Assembly: GCF_001194135.2 (NCBI RefSeq)
Contig: NC_068989.1
Span: 76,015,249-76,079,248 of the forward strand
Direction: 5' to 3'
Source of the DNA: Octopus bimaculoides
Taxonomy: Eukaryota
Length of the DNA stretch: 64,000 nt
Made by a program: the position numbers and the translations under genes. Of this stretch, positions 1 through 60,035 are shown piece by piece. A model generated the notes under the pieces. The model made no database searches, was not told the DNA's origin, and saw only the letters and a list, made by a program, of their open reading frames with translations. Within the stretch, counting starts at the first letter, position 1, and each line of letters begins with the position of its first letter.

Positions 1-15
1 TTTTACTTTTTCCAG

Positions 16-25751
<25,736 letters not shown>

Positions 25752-25766
<15 letters not shown>

Positions 25767-25963
25767 GCACAAGGCGCGAACTTTTGGGGGAGGGGCCAGT
25801 CCATTAGATCGACCCCAGTACACAGCTGGTACTTAATTTATCAACTGCGAAAAGATGAAAGGCAAAGTCGACCTCGGCGGAATTTGAACTCAGAACGTAA
25901 AGACAGACGAAATATCGTTAAGCATTCTGTCCGGCGTGCTAATGTTTCTGTCAGCTCGCCGCC
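25752..25963 (-). mobile_element. SINE family 1
   Basis: Reverse complement of tail-B consensus. Confidence 0.85.
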
Positions 25964-27608
25964 CGAGTTTTCGAACGCTATATTATCAACTTAGAATTTC
26001 TTTATACTTGTGTGTGAGCATACGTCTCTTAATGTATATGAAGACAGAACATTGATTATGTTAATCATGAATAATTGATAAATTGTAATATCTGTCTCCC
26101 ATCCTTCGTCTCCATTGGTTTATATCTCTTTCTCTTGCTCTCTATCTGTCATGTGTATATTTCTGCGACTGCGTGCGTGTGGGTTGGCCTACAGCACCGG
26201 AGAGTTGAGGAAATAGGGTGAATGTCCAGTCAGACGTGTAACATCATCAGCATCCAAACAGATGCGACGAATAGTATCATAATGAGTGATGATGATGTCT
26301 CCTTGTGACGCAACTTTTGAAGCATGAAAAGGGATTCCTAAATATAGTAACTTTGGAGAGTATCTCAACGTTGTCTTCGACTGACTGTTAGTATGACTCA
26401 AAGCAATACCTTCTACATGAAGTAATCTATAAATACGCAGTGATTCTTGGTCCTTCTAGGAAAAACCATTCCTAGTTCAGTCCCACAACGCAACACCTCT
26501 GTCAAGTGTCTTACAGAAGCTGCGAAGAAGCCCGCCGTATATGTATGTGTGCCTTTGTGTTTGTATTCGACCACATGGTTTGGTTTGTTTGCCTTAGTGT
26601 TTCAGCAAAAACGACAGCTAGAAAATGTAACAGATGTGAAATGAAAAAATACTGGGTTCGATTCGTTCCACTAAAACTGTTCTTATCAGTGTTCCAGTAT
26701 GGCTGCAATCTAGTGATTGGAAGAAATAGAAGGTAAAGATAATGCGTAATGATGGGTTTTAGTTTCAGAAAGGATAGAAATATGTGTTAATGAGAGTCTA
26801 GTGCCTTAGTTATGGATAATGGATATTGCCAATGCAAGAATTTAAACTGTCGAAAATGCACGCGCTGTCAGTGCCTGTTCATTGCTGTCTCTAGCGATCG
26901 AATGTCCATCATTGATAAGACCAAACAAGGTCGAAATCACGTGATCTGATAGACTCAGCGCTGGAAGATCTCCTTGCTAGCGATATAAACAAGAGTGCAT
27001 CTTTCTTTTCTGTCTTTTTCTTTTCACCTGTTATATAAAATTGAAACTTAAAAACTGATGATGTCATTCTATCAACGTGTGGACGCTGGTTGATCTCGTT
27101 CATACTTTATGCTTCAATTTCTATAATTTTGAATTTTTATCGCTTCTTATTTTGAACTTCACAAAGACAGACTTACTCTTGAAATATCGCTCAACCAATA
27201 AAATATCTATTACAACCGAATCGCGCTCTTCGTCTTGAATCTTTACCTTCGTGAAGAGTTACGTCAATCCTTTTAAAGATATTATTATTATTGTTATTAT
27301 TATTTCATATACACACAACAGATTAGACTGTTGGAAAAGAAAAAAAAAATCCTAGCATCGGGCTACAACAAGTAACCTTAGATGCCAAGAACCCGTCAAA
27401 GTATCCTAGCTGTCCCTAATAACACTGTTTTCTGGAGCTGTACTCAACCGGGTTTTATGCCTATTTCAATAATGATAATGATAATAATAATAATAATTAT
27501 TATTATTGAAAGTTAAAGAAGTGTTTTTAAATTCTCAATCGCAGAATAATGCTAATAATATAGCCTGAACAGGATAAATTATCCCTATTTTTCAGAGAAA
27601 AGTGTAGG

Positions 27609-27683
27609 TGGCTAGCTGTGGACTCGAACTCACATCCCCGTGATTACATGTCACGATGCTTTGACCGATTAAGCTAAACTACC
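27609..27683 (-). pseudogene. tRNA-Thr(UGU)-like pseudogene or tRNA-derived repeat head
   Basis: D-stem GCTT/AAGC, anticodon arm CGTGA-CATGTAA-TCACG, T-loop TTCGAGT; U33 is changed to A, with indels in the T and acceptor stems. Confidence 0.6.
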
Positions 27684-27771
27684 CACTACAAATTCTTCCG
27701 CAAATTAAGATATATAAATCTCGCTTTATGAGACGCTCTCATATGTTAAATTCAATTATTATTATTATCAA

Positions 27772-27985
27772 AGGCGGTGAGCTGCACTATCGTTAGCACG
27801 CCGGGTGAAATGCTTTGGTGTATTTCATCTGGCGCTACGTTCTGAGTTCAAATTCCGCCGAGGTTGACTTCGCCTTTCATCCTTTCTGGATTGATAAAAT
27901 ATATACCAGTTGAACACTGGGTAAATGTAATCGACTTAACCCCTTCACCAAAATTGCTACCCATGTGGTAAAAATATGAAACCAA
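27772..27985 (+). mobile_element. SINE family 1 with (ATT)n tail
   Basis: Consensus head and body. Confidence 0.8.
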
Positions 27986-28029
<44 letters not shown>

Positions 28030-28439
28030 GAAAATGAAGTCGTGGAAAATTGGGAAGACGAAAAGCAAGCCAACATCGAAATCAAACAATCATGGTAAGA
28101 ACATAGTTTCCTTCATATTTCTCTGGTAGAATATTAGGTAATAATTTTTGATGCACGTGAGGAGCATCATAAATTCGAATCCTGAAAACTCACCGAGTTT
28201 GATACATATGTGTGTGAATTATCTGTGTGGAATTATGTCTATCATCCGTAAACACAATCACATATTTTACATATATCTTCATGCAAGAGCTGTCTGGAAT
28301 ATAAATAAAAAAATGCTCTTAAAAAAAGAATCTGTTCCCAATTATAAAATTGAAATTCGCTTTTTAAGGGGTCGCCCCACCTCTTTCTCTCACACTCACA
28401 CATACGTGTATCCTCGCCTCCACCCCTCATAGATATGTT

Positions 28440-29698
28440 CTCGATTGGTAAGAAAGTAATTTCGTTTTTCGCAAATAGATAGAGTTACGATCTTTTTAAA
28501 TGACTTTTCTCAATGTTATGATTTTTTTTCCTTTTGACATTTTATAGCTGTTACTTTTAGCTTACTTGAGAGGTAAATTGCGCGTAACTTTGTTTACAGC
28601 TGTTAATTCAGTGTCGATTTTATCATGAAGTGCAACAACAAACATTTTCACCATATTTTGCTTTTTTTTTTATCTCCGTAAAGGCAAGAACACTGCAGAG
28701 GCTCACAAAGAGATATGTGAAGTTTACAGTGTTGATTGCTTAAAGGAACGCACATGTCAGAAATGGTTTTATAAATTCCGTTTTGGAGAATTTTCACTCA
28801 AGATGTCCAACATTCAGGTCGACCTACTGAAGTTGATGATGACAGAATCAAAACCATAATTGAATCTGATTGTTAAATAACTGTACGAGAGATTGCGGAG
28901 AGGTTAAGTGTATCGCATAACAATTGAAAATCACTTAAAATGTATTGGACTAGTTAAGAAGTTCGATATTTGGGTTCCACATAAGTTGAAAGGGATTCAC
29001 TTAACACAACGAATTAATATTTGCGACATGCATCTCAAATGCAATGAAATCGGCTTTGTCTTGAAACGAATCATCACTCATGATGAAAAAATGGATTGTC
29101 TACAATAGCATCAATTGAAAACGATCGTGGTTCAAGCGTAATGAACCAGCACAAACCACATCGAAAGCTGAATTGATTTAAGAAAGAAAAGGTTATGCTG
29201 TCAGTTTGGTTTCCCAGGAACCAAACGATCAATTCAGATATTTACTGTCAACAACTACTGAAACTGGAGGAAGCAATGAAAGAAAAATGGCCAGAATTGG
29301 CAAATCGTAAAGGAATCGTGTTCCACCATGACTACGTTAGACCACGCGTCTTTGCTAACTCATGAAAACTTACTGGAGCTTGGTTAGGAAGTGATGTCAC
29401 ATCTACCATATATAGCCCTGACCTTGCACCATCAGATTACCATTTATTTCGAAGTTTGCAAAATTCTTTCAATGGTAAAACATACAATAATTATAATGAC
29501 CTGAAATCGCATTTGCTTCAGTTTTTGGCTAATAATGATTAGAAGGCCTATGAGTATGGAATCATGAAGTTGTCAGAAAGATGGCAAAAAGTCATTGAAC
29601 AAAATGGAAAATATATAATTGATTAAAGTTCATTCTTTGTAAGAAAAAAAATGACTTCCACACTAAAAAACCGAACTAATTTTCTTGCCAAACCCAAT
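28440..29698 (+). mobile_element. Near full-length decayed mariner (DD34D) transposon
   Basis: Frameshifted transposase: WVPHKL, ITHDEKW, VFHHD, YSPDLAPSDYHLFRSLQN; degraded terminal repeats near 28445 and 29665-29698. Confidence 0.9.
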
Positions 29699-30321
29699 AT
29701 ATATATATATATATANNNNNNNNNNNNNNNNNNNNNNNNNNNNNNNNNNNNNNNNNNNNNNNNNNNNNNNNNNNNNNNNNNNNNNNNNNNNNNNNNNNNN
29801 NNNNNNNNNNNNNNNNNNNNNNNNNNNNNNNNNNNNNNNNNNNNNNNNNNNNNNNNNNNNNNNNNNNNNNNNNNNNNNNNNNNNNNNNNNNNNNNNNNNN
29901 NNNNNNNNNNNNNNNNNNNNNNNNNNNNNNNNNNNNNNNNNNNNNNNNNNNNNNNNNNNNNNNNNNNNNNNNNNNNNNNNNNNNNNNNNNNNNNNNNNNN
30001 NNNNNNNNNNNNNNNNNNNNNNNNNNNNNNNNNNNNNNNNNNNNNNNNNNNNNNNNNNNNNNNNNNNNNNNNNNNNNNNNNNNNNNNNNNNNNNNNNNNN
30101 NNNNNNNNNNNNNNNNNNNNNNNNNNNNNNNNNNNNNNNNNNNNNNNNNNNNNNNNNNNNNNNNNNNNNNNNNNNNNNNNNNNNNNNNNNNNNNNNNNNN
30201 NNNNNNNNNNNNNNNNNNNNNNNNNNNNNNNNNNNNNNNNNNNNNNNNNNNNNNNNNNNNNNNNNNNNNNNNNNNNNNNGCGAGAAACACAGACGCGAAC
30301 ACACAAATACATATATACTTT

Positions 30322-30366
<45 letters not shown>

Positions 30367-30559
30367 GATGGGCTTCTCGCAGTTTTCGTCTATCAAATCC
30401 ACTCACAAGGTTTTGGTCGGCCCGAGGCTATAGTAGAAGATACTTGCCTCAGGTGCTACGCAGTGGAACTGAACCCGGAACCATGTGGTTGGGAAGCAAG
30501 CTTCTTACTACACAGCTACACCTGTTTAATAAAAATTCTTTAAATCTATCTTCTTGTAG

Positions 30560-51377
<20,818 letters not shown>

Positions 51378-51602
51378 GTATGAGATACCCAAGACTGGCA
51401 GAAATAAAGGCCGAGGGCAAATCGATGCAAGCAGCAAAGATATCCAGGATCAATGTGGAGGGGGAAGCAACGTTAATTCAATGTCCTACGTATCATTTCC
51501 CCAAAGATGCAGATTACATTATTTAGATGTATCGATCTCTCTTCTCTTCTCCGATCCTCAGAGAGCCAAACATGCAGGCGATAGAATATGTATGTGTGTG
51601 GT

Positions 51603-51682
<80 letters not shown>

Positions 51683-51918
51683 AGTATAATTTTTTTTACT
51701 ATTTACTGATTAAATAAGAATGGGGTCTCACATAGGTTTCCAAGTTTGTACAAACATTGATTTCTTATATTGACACAAGACAACAATTTATATTTTAGGG
51801 AAGGAGTAGCGGTCGATTATATCGATCCTAGTACCATTTTTGGCATCCAACCATCCACCTATCCTTCCATTCCCAACCACCCATCCATCCATCCATCCAT
51901 CCATCCATCTATCTATCC

Positions 51919-51970
<52 letters not shown>

Positions 51971-52531
51971 GAAACTGGTTTAGAGAAAGAGTTTTGTACA
52001 CATGCACTTTGCAAGCTTTCGTGAGCGACGAGACCCTTTCAGTTCATACTTAATTTTATTAACTCTGTTGGGACAACATTCCCAGTTGACCCCAGTGGAA
52101 ATGGTTGTATATTTTATCGATTATCGATCAATTTTTATTGAACTGCTAAATCATGGTTTTGATATGAAAAAACTCAACTGGACGCTGGTTTGCATTAGTA
52201 AAAATAAACAAAGGAAAATAAATATATATTCATAACGAACTTCCGTAGGGCTTCCGTCTACGAAATTACACCATCAAAATATTGGGCTATCCATGTCTAC
52301 AGGAAAAGACATCTGCTAAATGTATCACGAAGTGAAACTAAAAGCAGAACACGTGGTTTGGAACTGGACTTGGGATATTTAACTATACAGTTAAGTTTAC
52401 AGCAATATTTCTTTACACTAATATTATTGAATCTTTGAAATTTATTTAGGAACTTTTCAATACTACATTATTTATATTAGGAAAATAGTCGACTGCAATT
52501 TACCTCTACATTTGCTGAGTGTGTGTAAGAA

Positions 52532-52563
<32 letters not shown>

Positions 52564-52810
52564 NNNNNNNNNNNNNNNNNNNNNNNNNNNNNNNNNNNNN
52601 NNNNNNNNNNNNNNNNNNNNNNNNNNNNNNNNNNNNNNNNNNNNNNNNNNNNNNNNNNNNNNNNNNNNNNNNNNNNNNNNNNNNNNNNNNNNNNNNNNNN
52701 NNNNNNNNNNNNNNNNNNNNNNNNNNNNNNNNNNNNNNNNNNNNNNNNNNNNNNNNNNNNNNNNNNNNNNNNNNNNNNNNNNNNNNNNNNNNNNNNNNNN
52801 NNNNNNNNNN

Positions 52811-52896
52811 ATAATTAAGGGATCAGCAACAGTTGCTTCACCACATACCGAAGTTCAGTGGTGAAGCAACTGTTGCTGATCCCTTCCCTTAATTAT
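52811..52896. repeat. Perfect 28-bp stem hairpin at a contig edge
   Basis: AAGGGATCAGCAACAGTTGCTTCACCAC, 13-nt loop, then GTGGTGAAGCAACTGTTGCTGATCCCTT. Confidence 0.9.
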
Positions 52897-53457
52897 GTTT
52901 ATAAATGTATAAGAACTTTTAAATAAGTACTCCACCGATAATGGTGTTTACATACCGAAGGGCTTGGTAAAAATTATTAATTGTTAATTTATTAATAAAT
53001 TAATAAATTGATAAACCATTTATTATATCAATCTTTTATCGAGCCGTTAGGATATAGAGATGTAAACAAAGAAACACCGGTCGTCAAGCGTTGGTGGTGG
53101 TGAGGAACAAATGCAAATAAAAATATACACACACTCACACACACATACAACACACACACACGTACACACAAACACACTCAAACACACACATATGACGGGC
53201 TTCATACAGTTTCCGACTACCAAATTCACCTAGAAAGAATTGGTAGCTCAGAGGTAGTAGTGGCGTCTATAGTAGGAGTCACTTCCCCCAGTTGCCTCGC
53301 AGAGGGACTGAGCCCCACCCAGACCACATGACTGCAATGCGAGCTCCTTATACAGGTTACCATTCCTGTATCTATAAAGAGATTTGTTTAGTATAGTAAC
53401 ACGACTAACAAGCTTTTGGAAAAATGAGGGAGACTGAGAGAAAGCGGAGAAGCAAGG

Positions 53458-53488
<31 letters not shown>

Positions 53489-53880
53489 ACAAGTGGGAAG
53501 AGGAGCAAAACTGAGAGTGGTGGGTGGAGAGTGATTGAACGAGGAGTGCAAGTAGGGAATAATACTTTGTTTCTAAAAATATTTGATTGAACATGGGTAA
53601 ATATTTGGTGAATAAATAGAATAAATGGTGAATAAATGGGAATAGAAATCATTTCCCAGCGGTAGGACCATAGATTATCGATTGTGTTGTATCAGCATTA
53701 TAAATAATGCCTATGTATATACCAAGTACAAGTTGTTTCATACACATCTTGAACAACAGGTATTTAAGGATTTCAGTTACGAAAACAACACTCCCAAGGT
53801 CTCTACCTGAAATCAGCTTTTATATGTCTATATGAATACGTACGTATTCATACGCATATATATATATATATATATATATA

Positions 53881-54859
53881 NNNNNNNNNNNNNNNNNNNN
53901 NNNNNNNNNNNNNNNNNNNNNNNNNNNNNNNNNNNNNNNNNNNNNNNNNNNNNNNNNNNNNNNNNNNNNNNNNNNNNNNNNNNNNNNNNNNNNNNNNNNN
54001 NNNNNNNNNNNNNNNNNNNNNNNNNNNNNNNNNNNNNNNNNNNNNNNNNNNNNNNNNNNNNNNNNNNNNNNNNNNNNNNNNNNNNNNNNNNNNNNNNNNN
54101 NNNNNNNNNNNNNNNNNNNNNNNNNNNNNNNNNNNNNNNNNNNNNNNNNNNNNNNNNNNNNNNNNNNNNNNNNNNNNNNNNNNNNNNNNNNNNNNNNNNN
54201 NNNNNNNNNNNNNNNNNNNNNNNNNNNNNNNNNNNNNNNNNNNNNNNNNNNNNNNNNNNNNNNNNNNNNNNNNNNNNNNNNNNNNNNNNNNNNNNNNNNN
54301 NNNNNNNNNNNNNNNNNNNNNNNNNNNNNNNNNNNNNNNNNNNNNNNNNNNNNNNNNNNNNNNNNNNNNNNNNNNNNNNNNNNNNNNNNNNNNNNNNNNN
54401 NNNNNNNNNNNNNNNNNNNNNNNNNNNNNNNNNNNNNNNNNNNNNNNNNNNNNNNNNNNNNNNNNNNNNNNNNNNNNNNNNNNNNNNNNNNNNNNNNNNN
54501 NNNNNNNNNNNNNNNNNNNNNNNNNNNNNNNNNNNNNNNNNNNNNNNNNNNNNNNNNNNNNNNNNNNNNNNNNNNNNNNNNNNNNNNNNNNNNNNNNNNN
54601 NNNNNNNNNNNNNNNNNNNNNNNNNNNNNNNNNNNNNNNNNNNNNNNNNNNNNNNNNNNNNNNNNNNNNNNNNNNNNNNNNNNNNNNNNNNNNNNNNNNN
54701 NNNNNNNNNNNNNNNNNNNNNNNNNNNNNNNNNNNNNNNNNNNNNNNNNNNNNNNNNNNNNNNNNNNNNNNNNNNNNNNNNNNNNNNNNNNNNNNNNNNN
54801 NNNNNNNNNNNNNNNNNNNNNNNNNNNNNNNNNNNNNNNNNNNNNNNNNNNNNNNNNNN
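53881..54859. other. Largest assembly gap; others at 1013-1247, 3709-4183, 12992-13338, 29716-30280, 35497-35860, 40171-40308, 45306-45884, 47280-47377, 49504-49560, 52564-52810, 57530-57853, 58652-59235
   Basis: N runs, mostly flanked by (TA)n; they may hide exons. Confidence 0.98.
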
Positions 54860-54897
<38 letters not shown>

Positions 54898-55281
54898 GTG
54901 TGCGTGTGTGAGTGTACGTGTGTTTTGTGTCTGTGTTCTATGTATATATGTACATATATACATATACACATATATATATAAACTTGTATGTAATGTGCGT
55001 ATTGTGTATATGTATATATGCATATTTTTATACGTATACATATAAGAATGTATATACAAGCAAATAGGTGCAAAACAAGGTGGAATAAATAGTACTCGAA
55101 TACCAAAGGTAGAGTAATTTACCATATTATATATTTGTGTACGCATATGTATATATACCAAAGTAAGCTCATAAATGTGAAACAAGGTTGGAAAAAATAA
55201 TACACGAATACCAGATGTAGAGTAATATGCTTTATTGTCATTAAAGCTGCAAAGAAAAAAAATCACAAAAATATCATAAAA

Positions 55282-55325
55282 AAACTGCCACTCAGAGCTT
55301 CACTTTCCCGTTCGTCAGACAGTTT
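55282..55325 (-). ncRNA. Degenerate minimal hammerhead ribozyme, copy 1
   Basis: Minus strand reads AAACUGU CUGACGA ACG-GGAA-AGU GAAG CUC-U-GAG UG GCAGUUU; core intact, but A15.1 and N17 are changed to G and helix II has a mismatch. Confidence 0.65.
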
Positions 55326-55330
55326 AGATG

Positions 55331-55374
55331 AAACTGTCCGACGAATGGGAACGTGAAAGTCCGAGTAGCAGTTT
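55331..55374 (+). ncRNA. Degenerate minimal hammerhead ribozyme, copy 2
   Basis: AAACUGU CCGACGA AUG-GGAA-CGU GAAA GUC-C-GAG UA GCAGUUU; U4C in the core and one helix III mismatch; GUA cleavage site intact. Confidence 0.65.
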
Positions 55375-55502
55375 TTGTGATATTTTTGTGGTGCATTTAC
55401 ACATCTTTAATAATAATAAAGTATCTATCTATCTATCTATCTATCTATCTGAAAGGATAAAATTATCATAAAATAGTAATAATATCAGGGGCTAGCGAAT
55501 GT

Positions 55503-55970
55503 AGTGAGCTGGCAGAAACATCAGCACGCCGGGCAAAATGCTTAGCGCTATTTCGTTTGTCTTTATGTTCTGAGTTACAATTCCGTCGAGGTCGACTTTG
55601 CCTTTCATCCTTTCGTCATCAATAAATTAAGTACCAGTTGCGTACTGGAGTCAATCTAATCGGCTGACCCCTCCCTCAAAATTTCGTGCCTTGTGCCTAG
55701 AGTAGAAAAGAAATGTTAGCACGCCGGGCGAAATGCTTAGCAGTATTTCGTCTGTCTTTACGTTTTGAATTCAAATTCCGCCGAGGTAGACTTCGCCTTT
55801 TATCCTCTCGGGGTCGACGAAACAAGTACTAGTCCTGCATTGGGGTTGATGTAATCGACTAGGACCCCTTCTCCGCAAATTTTCGAGGCCTTCTGCCTAG
55901 AGTAGAAATAGTTACAGGTGGCGAGCTGGCAGAAACGTTAGCACGCCGAGCGAAATGCTTAGCGGAATTT
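55503..55970 (+). mobile_element. Tandem family 1 SINEs (two plus a truncated head)
   Basis: Repeated GAGCTGGCAGAAAC / GTTAGCACGCCG heads. Confidence 0.8.
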
Positions 55971-55974
55971 GTGT

Positions 55975-56020
<46 letters not shown>

Positions 56021-56029
56021 TACATTACT

Positions 56030-56640
56030 AATTCAATGCAGCTCTATTAATGTAAACATCGAACGCACGCGCCGAATTTGCTGTGGGATAGAGTCTAGGA
56101 GAGTCCACTACACAACCTCGAGTGTGTAAGAATATCTGAATATCACGAATCAGGTGAGACAACTTGCCTCGGAATGAATGCGAGAGTCGTAGATACCGAT
56201 ATTTCACCATTATTGTGCTTTATTAAAACCATGCAGTCGGACCATCCCAAAGCGCACTGAATCTGGTCTATGACTTTCAACATAGTCTCCCTGGCGGTCC
56301 ACACACTTCTTTCATCCATGTCGTAGTGCTTGGACCCCGCCGGGGAAGAAGTTTTCATCCTGTCGGTCAAAAATGCCATCAACTGCAGATATGACGTCAT
56401 CGTCACTGCGACACTGGTTCCCTGCCAAGTGCTTCTTCGTGTTGGAGAACAGATGACAGTCAGATGGGGCCAAATTAGGAGTATAGAGAGCGTGGTCATT
56501 GAAATTAAATACTTGTGTGCTGGAGCATTGTCGTGATGAAACAAAACCCCTTTCATCATATTTCCTGGGTGTTCGGTCTTGATAGCCTTTCGTAACTGTC
56601 TCAGCAAATTGGCTTCAAAGTTGGGTATGAAGTGCTATTA
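56030..56640 (-). mobile_element. Mariner transposase 3' fragment
   Basis: LRQLRKAIK...GVLFHHDNAPAH, with PDLAP-like and C-terminal remnants in shifted frames. Confidence 0.85.
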
Positions 56641-57438
56641 GTAGTCGTGAGGCAAAGATGCTCCTACGACATTTTATTTAACAGGAATTATAGACGAGAG
56701 AAAACATTTCATCCCTTCACACTTGCGCTTTAGGCCACTACCCATCCCTGTCCTAACTTGCTAAGCTTCTGCATATATGGTAATGCTTGTAACAAAATGG
56801 CGTCGACTGACGACTCTCACGGTCTTTGTCGTAGTTTGAAATCAAGAGACGGATTTTAAATCGAGCAGGGGATTAAGTCTGCGACACAAGATGAAAAGAA
56901 CAGTCGAATCACAAATTTTTCCCATAGCTTTCCTTTCACCCAATTTTACACACAAAGCAAAGGTTGCTCAGAAGCTCTGTCTAAACGTACACGCCAAATT
57001 TGTTACAAAGAGAAACCCGGAACCATGTGATGACTAAGTGAACTATTTGATCCCACTGCAATGAATGTTCTCATGAATTATATCATTGGGTCATTGTAAA
57101 GAATTCAACTCGACGTCTTCATATGTTGCATGGTGTTACTAACGGAAAATAGCTGTTGCATTCTTAATTCCAACATTACCAAATATGTGCAGCTGTTCAC
57201 TTTAAGGCATTTTGATTAAAATGTCTACTGTTACTTAATCTCACTCCATCAATTCCACCTTACTCTCTCTCTCTCTCTCCTTTGCATTTCCTCATAATTC
57301 TCTGACTCACGGAATTTATATTTTGTATGTGTGTTTGTTCGTGTGTCTGCATGAACATATACAAATGCATAGTGCATACATACATATGAACATACACGCG
57401 TACATATATACATTACGTATATGCAATTATACATACAA

Positions 57439-57495
<57 letters not shown>

Positions 57496-57923
57496 TACAG
57501 ATACATATACATATATTTATATATATATANNNNNNNNNNNNNNNNNNNNNNNNNNNNNNNNNNNNNNNNNNNNNNNNNNNNNNNNNNNNNNNNNNNNNNN
57601 NNNNNNNNNNNNNNNNNNNNNNNNNNNNNNNNNNNNNNNNNNNNNNNNNNNNNNNNNNNNNNNNNNNNNNNNNNNNNNNNNNNNNNNNNNNNNNNNNNNN
57701 NNNNNNNNNNNNNNNNNNNNNNNNNNNNNNNNNNNNNNNNNNNNNNNNNNNNNNNNNNNNNNNNNNNNNNNNNNNNNNNNNNNNNNNNNNNNNNNNNNNN
57801 NNNNNNNNNNNNNNNNNNNNNNNNNNNNNNNNNNNNNNNNNNNNNNNNNNNNNTATATATATATATATGCATACATACATACATACATACATATATATAT
57901 ATATGCATACATACATACATACA

Positions 57924-57959
<36 letters not shown>

Positions 57960-58315
57960 TATAGAGAGAGCAGATTGGAACGTGGTGTAGGAGTGTTATA
58001 TATTGAACATGTACAAGTCTCTCGTTATGGGAACGTGACGTTCTTCCTAGAAGGAAATTACTCAACAGTTAAAATGTCAATTCTTTTAGAATTTTTTATC
58101 AATTTACGTATATTTTCTGCTCTGCTCTTTTGTCCTGCTTTCCTGTATTTTATAATTGTCGCATGGAAGGACGCCACGATGTGAAGGCATGCACATTTAA
58201 ACGACAATTACGCATCTATACTATTGGTGTATTCAAACTGATCATTCTCTCAGTCTGTTCGTCTCCTTCTCATTGTCTGTCTACGTTTTTGCGTGTGTGT
58301 GGGCGCGCTTGTGTG

Positions 58316-58372
<57 letters not shown>

Positions 58373-58598
58373 GTATATGCAGGTGTAGCTTTGTGGTAAG
58401 AAGTTTGCTTCCGGATCATATGGTTCCGGATTCAGTCTCACTGTATGGCACCGGCCAGAACAAAGCCTTGTAAGTGGACTCAGTAAACGGAAAACGAAAG
58501 AAACCTGTCTTATCTATCTATCTATCTATTTGTCTTTGTCTGTCTGGCTGTCTTTCGTAATACACACACACACATTTATATACAAAACAGAATTTAAA

Positions 58599-58651
<53 letters not shown>

Positions 58652-59756
58652 NNNNNNNNNNNNNNNNNNNNNNNNNNNNNNNNNNNNNNNNNNNNNNNNN
58701 NNNNNNNNNNNNNNNNNNNNNNNNNNNNNNNNNNNNNNNNNNNNNNNNNNNNNNNNNNNNNNNNNNNNNNNNNNNNNNNNNNNNNNNNNNNNNNNNNNNN
58801 NNNNNNNNNNNNNNNNNNNNNNNNNNNNNNNNNNNNNNNNNNNNNNNNNNNNNNNNNNNNNNNNNNNNNNNNNNNNNNNNNNNNNNNNNNNNNNNNNNNN
58901 NNNNNNNNNNNNNNNNNNNNNNNNNNNNNNNNNNNNNNNNNNNNNNNNNNNNNNNNNNNNNNNNNNNNNNNNNNNNNNNNNNNNNNNNNNNNNNNNNNNN
59001 NNNNNNNNNNNNNNNNNNNNNNNNNNNNNNNNNNNNNNNNNNNNNNNNNNNNNNNNNNNNNNNNNNNNNNNNNNNNNNNNNNNNNNNNNNNNNNNNNNNN
59101 NNNNNNNNNNNNNNNNNNNNNNNNNNNNNNNNNNNNNNNNNNNNNNNNNNNNNNNNNNNNNNNNNNNNNNNNNNNNNNNNNNNNNNNNNNNNNNNNNNNN
59201 NNNNNNNNNNNNNNNNNNNNNNNNNNNNNNNNNNNTATATATATATATATATATATATATCACTGTCGTTCTTTCGATTTTCTCTTTGCGACAGAACAAC
59301 GTCACAAAGACGTAACTCGAATTTCGAGGAAGAATTGCCAAAAAAAAAAACAACAAAAAAAACAGAAAACCCAGATTACTCTTATAATTGCTGTTATCAA
59401 GTACACACACAAATACACACACAAACACACTCTCGCATGCACACAAACACGCACTCAAAGTCATGGCTATATAAAGTGTGAATTCATGTGGACTCTTTAT
59501 TGTCCTCCACAAAAAGGTTTTAGCATAGATTTCCAAGTTTATGCAAACATCGCTTTCAAGATAAGACACGTTGAAAACACTGACAATTGGTGAAGCAGTG
59601 TAATACTGAAAATAAAATGGTCTCGAATACATAGATAACTCCAATTAGAATATGTATGTATGTATGTATGTATATACGTATATGCGTGTGTGTGTATGTA
59701 TATCCATGTGTGTGTGTATGTATGCATTTAAGCATGACTACATGCATTTTATATGC

Positions 59757-59793
<37 letters not shown>

Positions 59794-59963
59794 GTGTTTA
59801 TCCCCCCCCACCACCACAGCCTGACAAGCTCTGTTAGTGTGTTTATGTCCCTGTAACCTAGCGGTTCGGTAAAAGAAACAGATACAGTACTAGGCTTTAA
59901 AAAGCAAGTACAGTGCTTCAGTATGACCACAGTCTAATGACTAGAACAAGTAAAAGATAAAAC

Positions 59964-60034
<71 letters not shown>

Positions 60035-60035
<1 letters not shown>

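Larger units (their letters stand above)
55230..55420. repeat. About 190-bp imperfect palindrome holding the two hammerheads (inverted PLE-LTR-like ends)
   Basis: Arms pair outward from loop AGATG (55326-55330) to CTTTATT..ATTAAAG / CTTTAATAATAATAAAG. Confidence 0.8.

Noticed and set aside
26460-26736. Apparent exon GKTIPSSVPQ... and ORF MKKYWVRF... as RasGEF or DIPK exons
   Set aside because: The sequence is a decayed family 2 SINE (head, GAAGCCCG-microsatellite, tail)
27060-27160. Hydrophobic stretch RWLISFILYASISIIL as the DIPK signal-anchor exon
   Set aside because: No in-frame ATG and closed by stops on both sides
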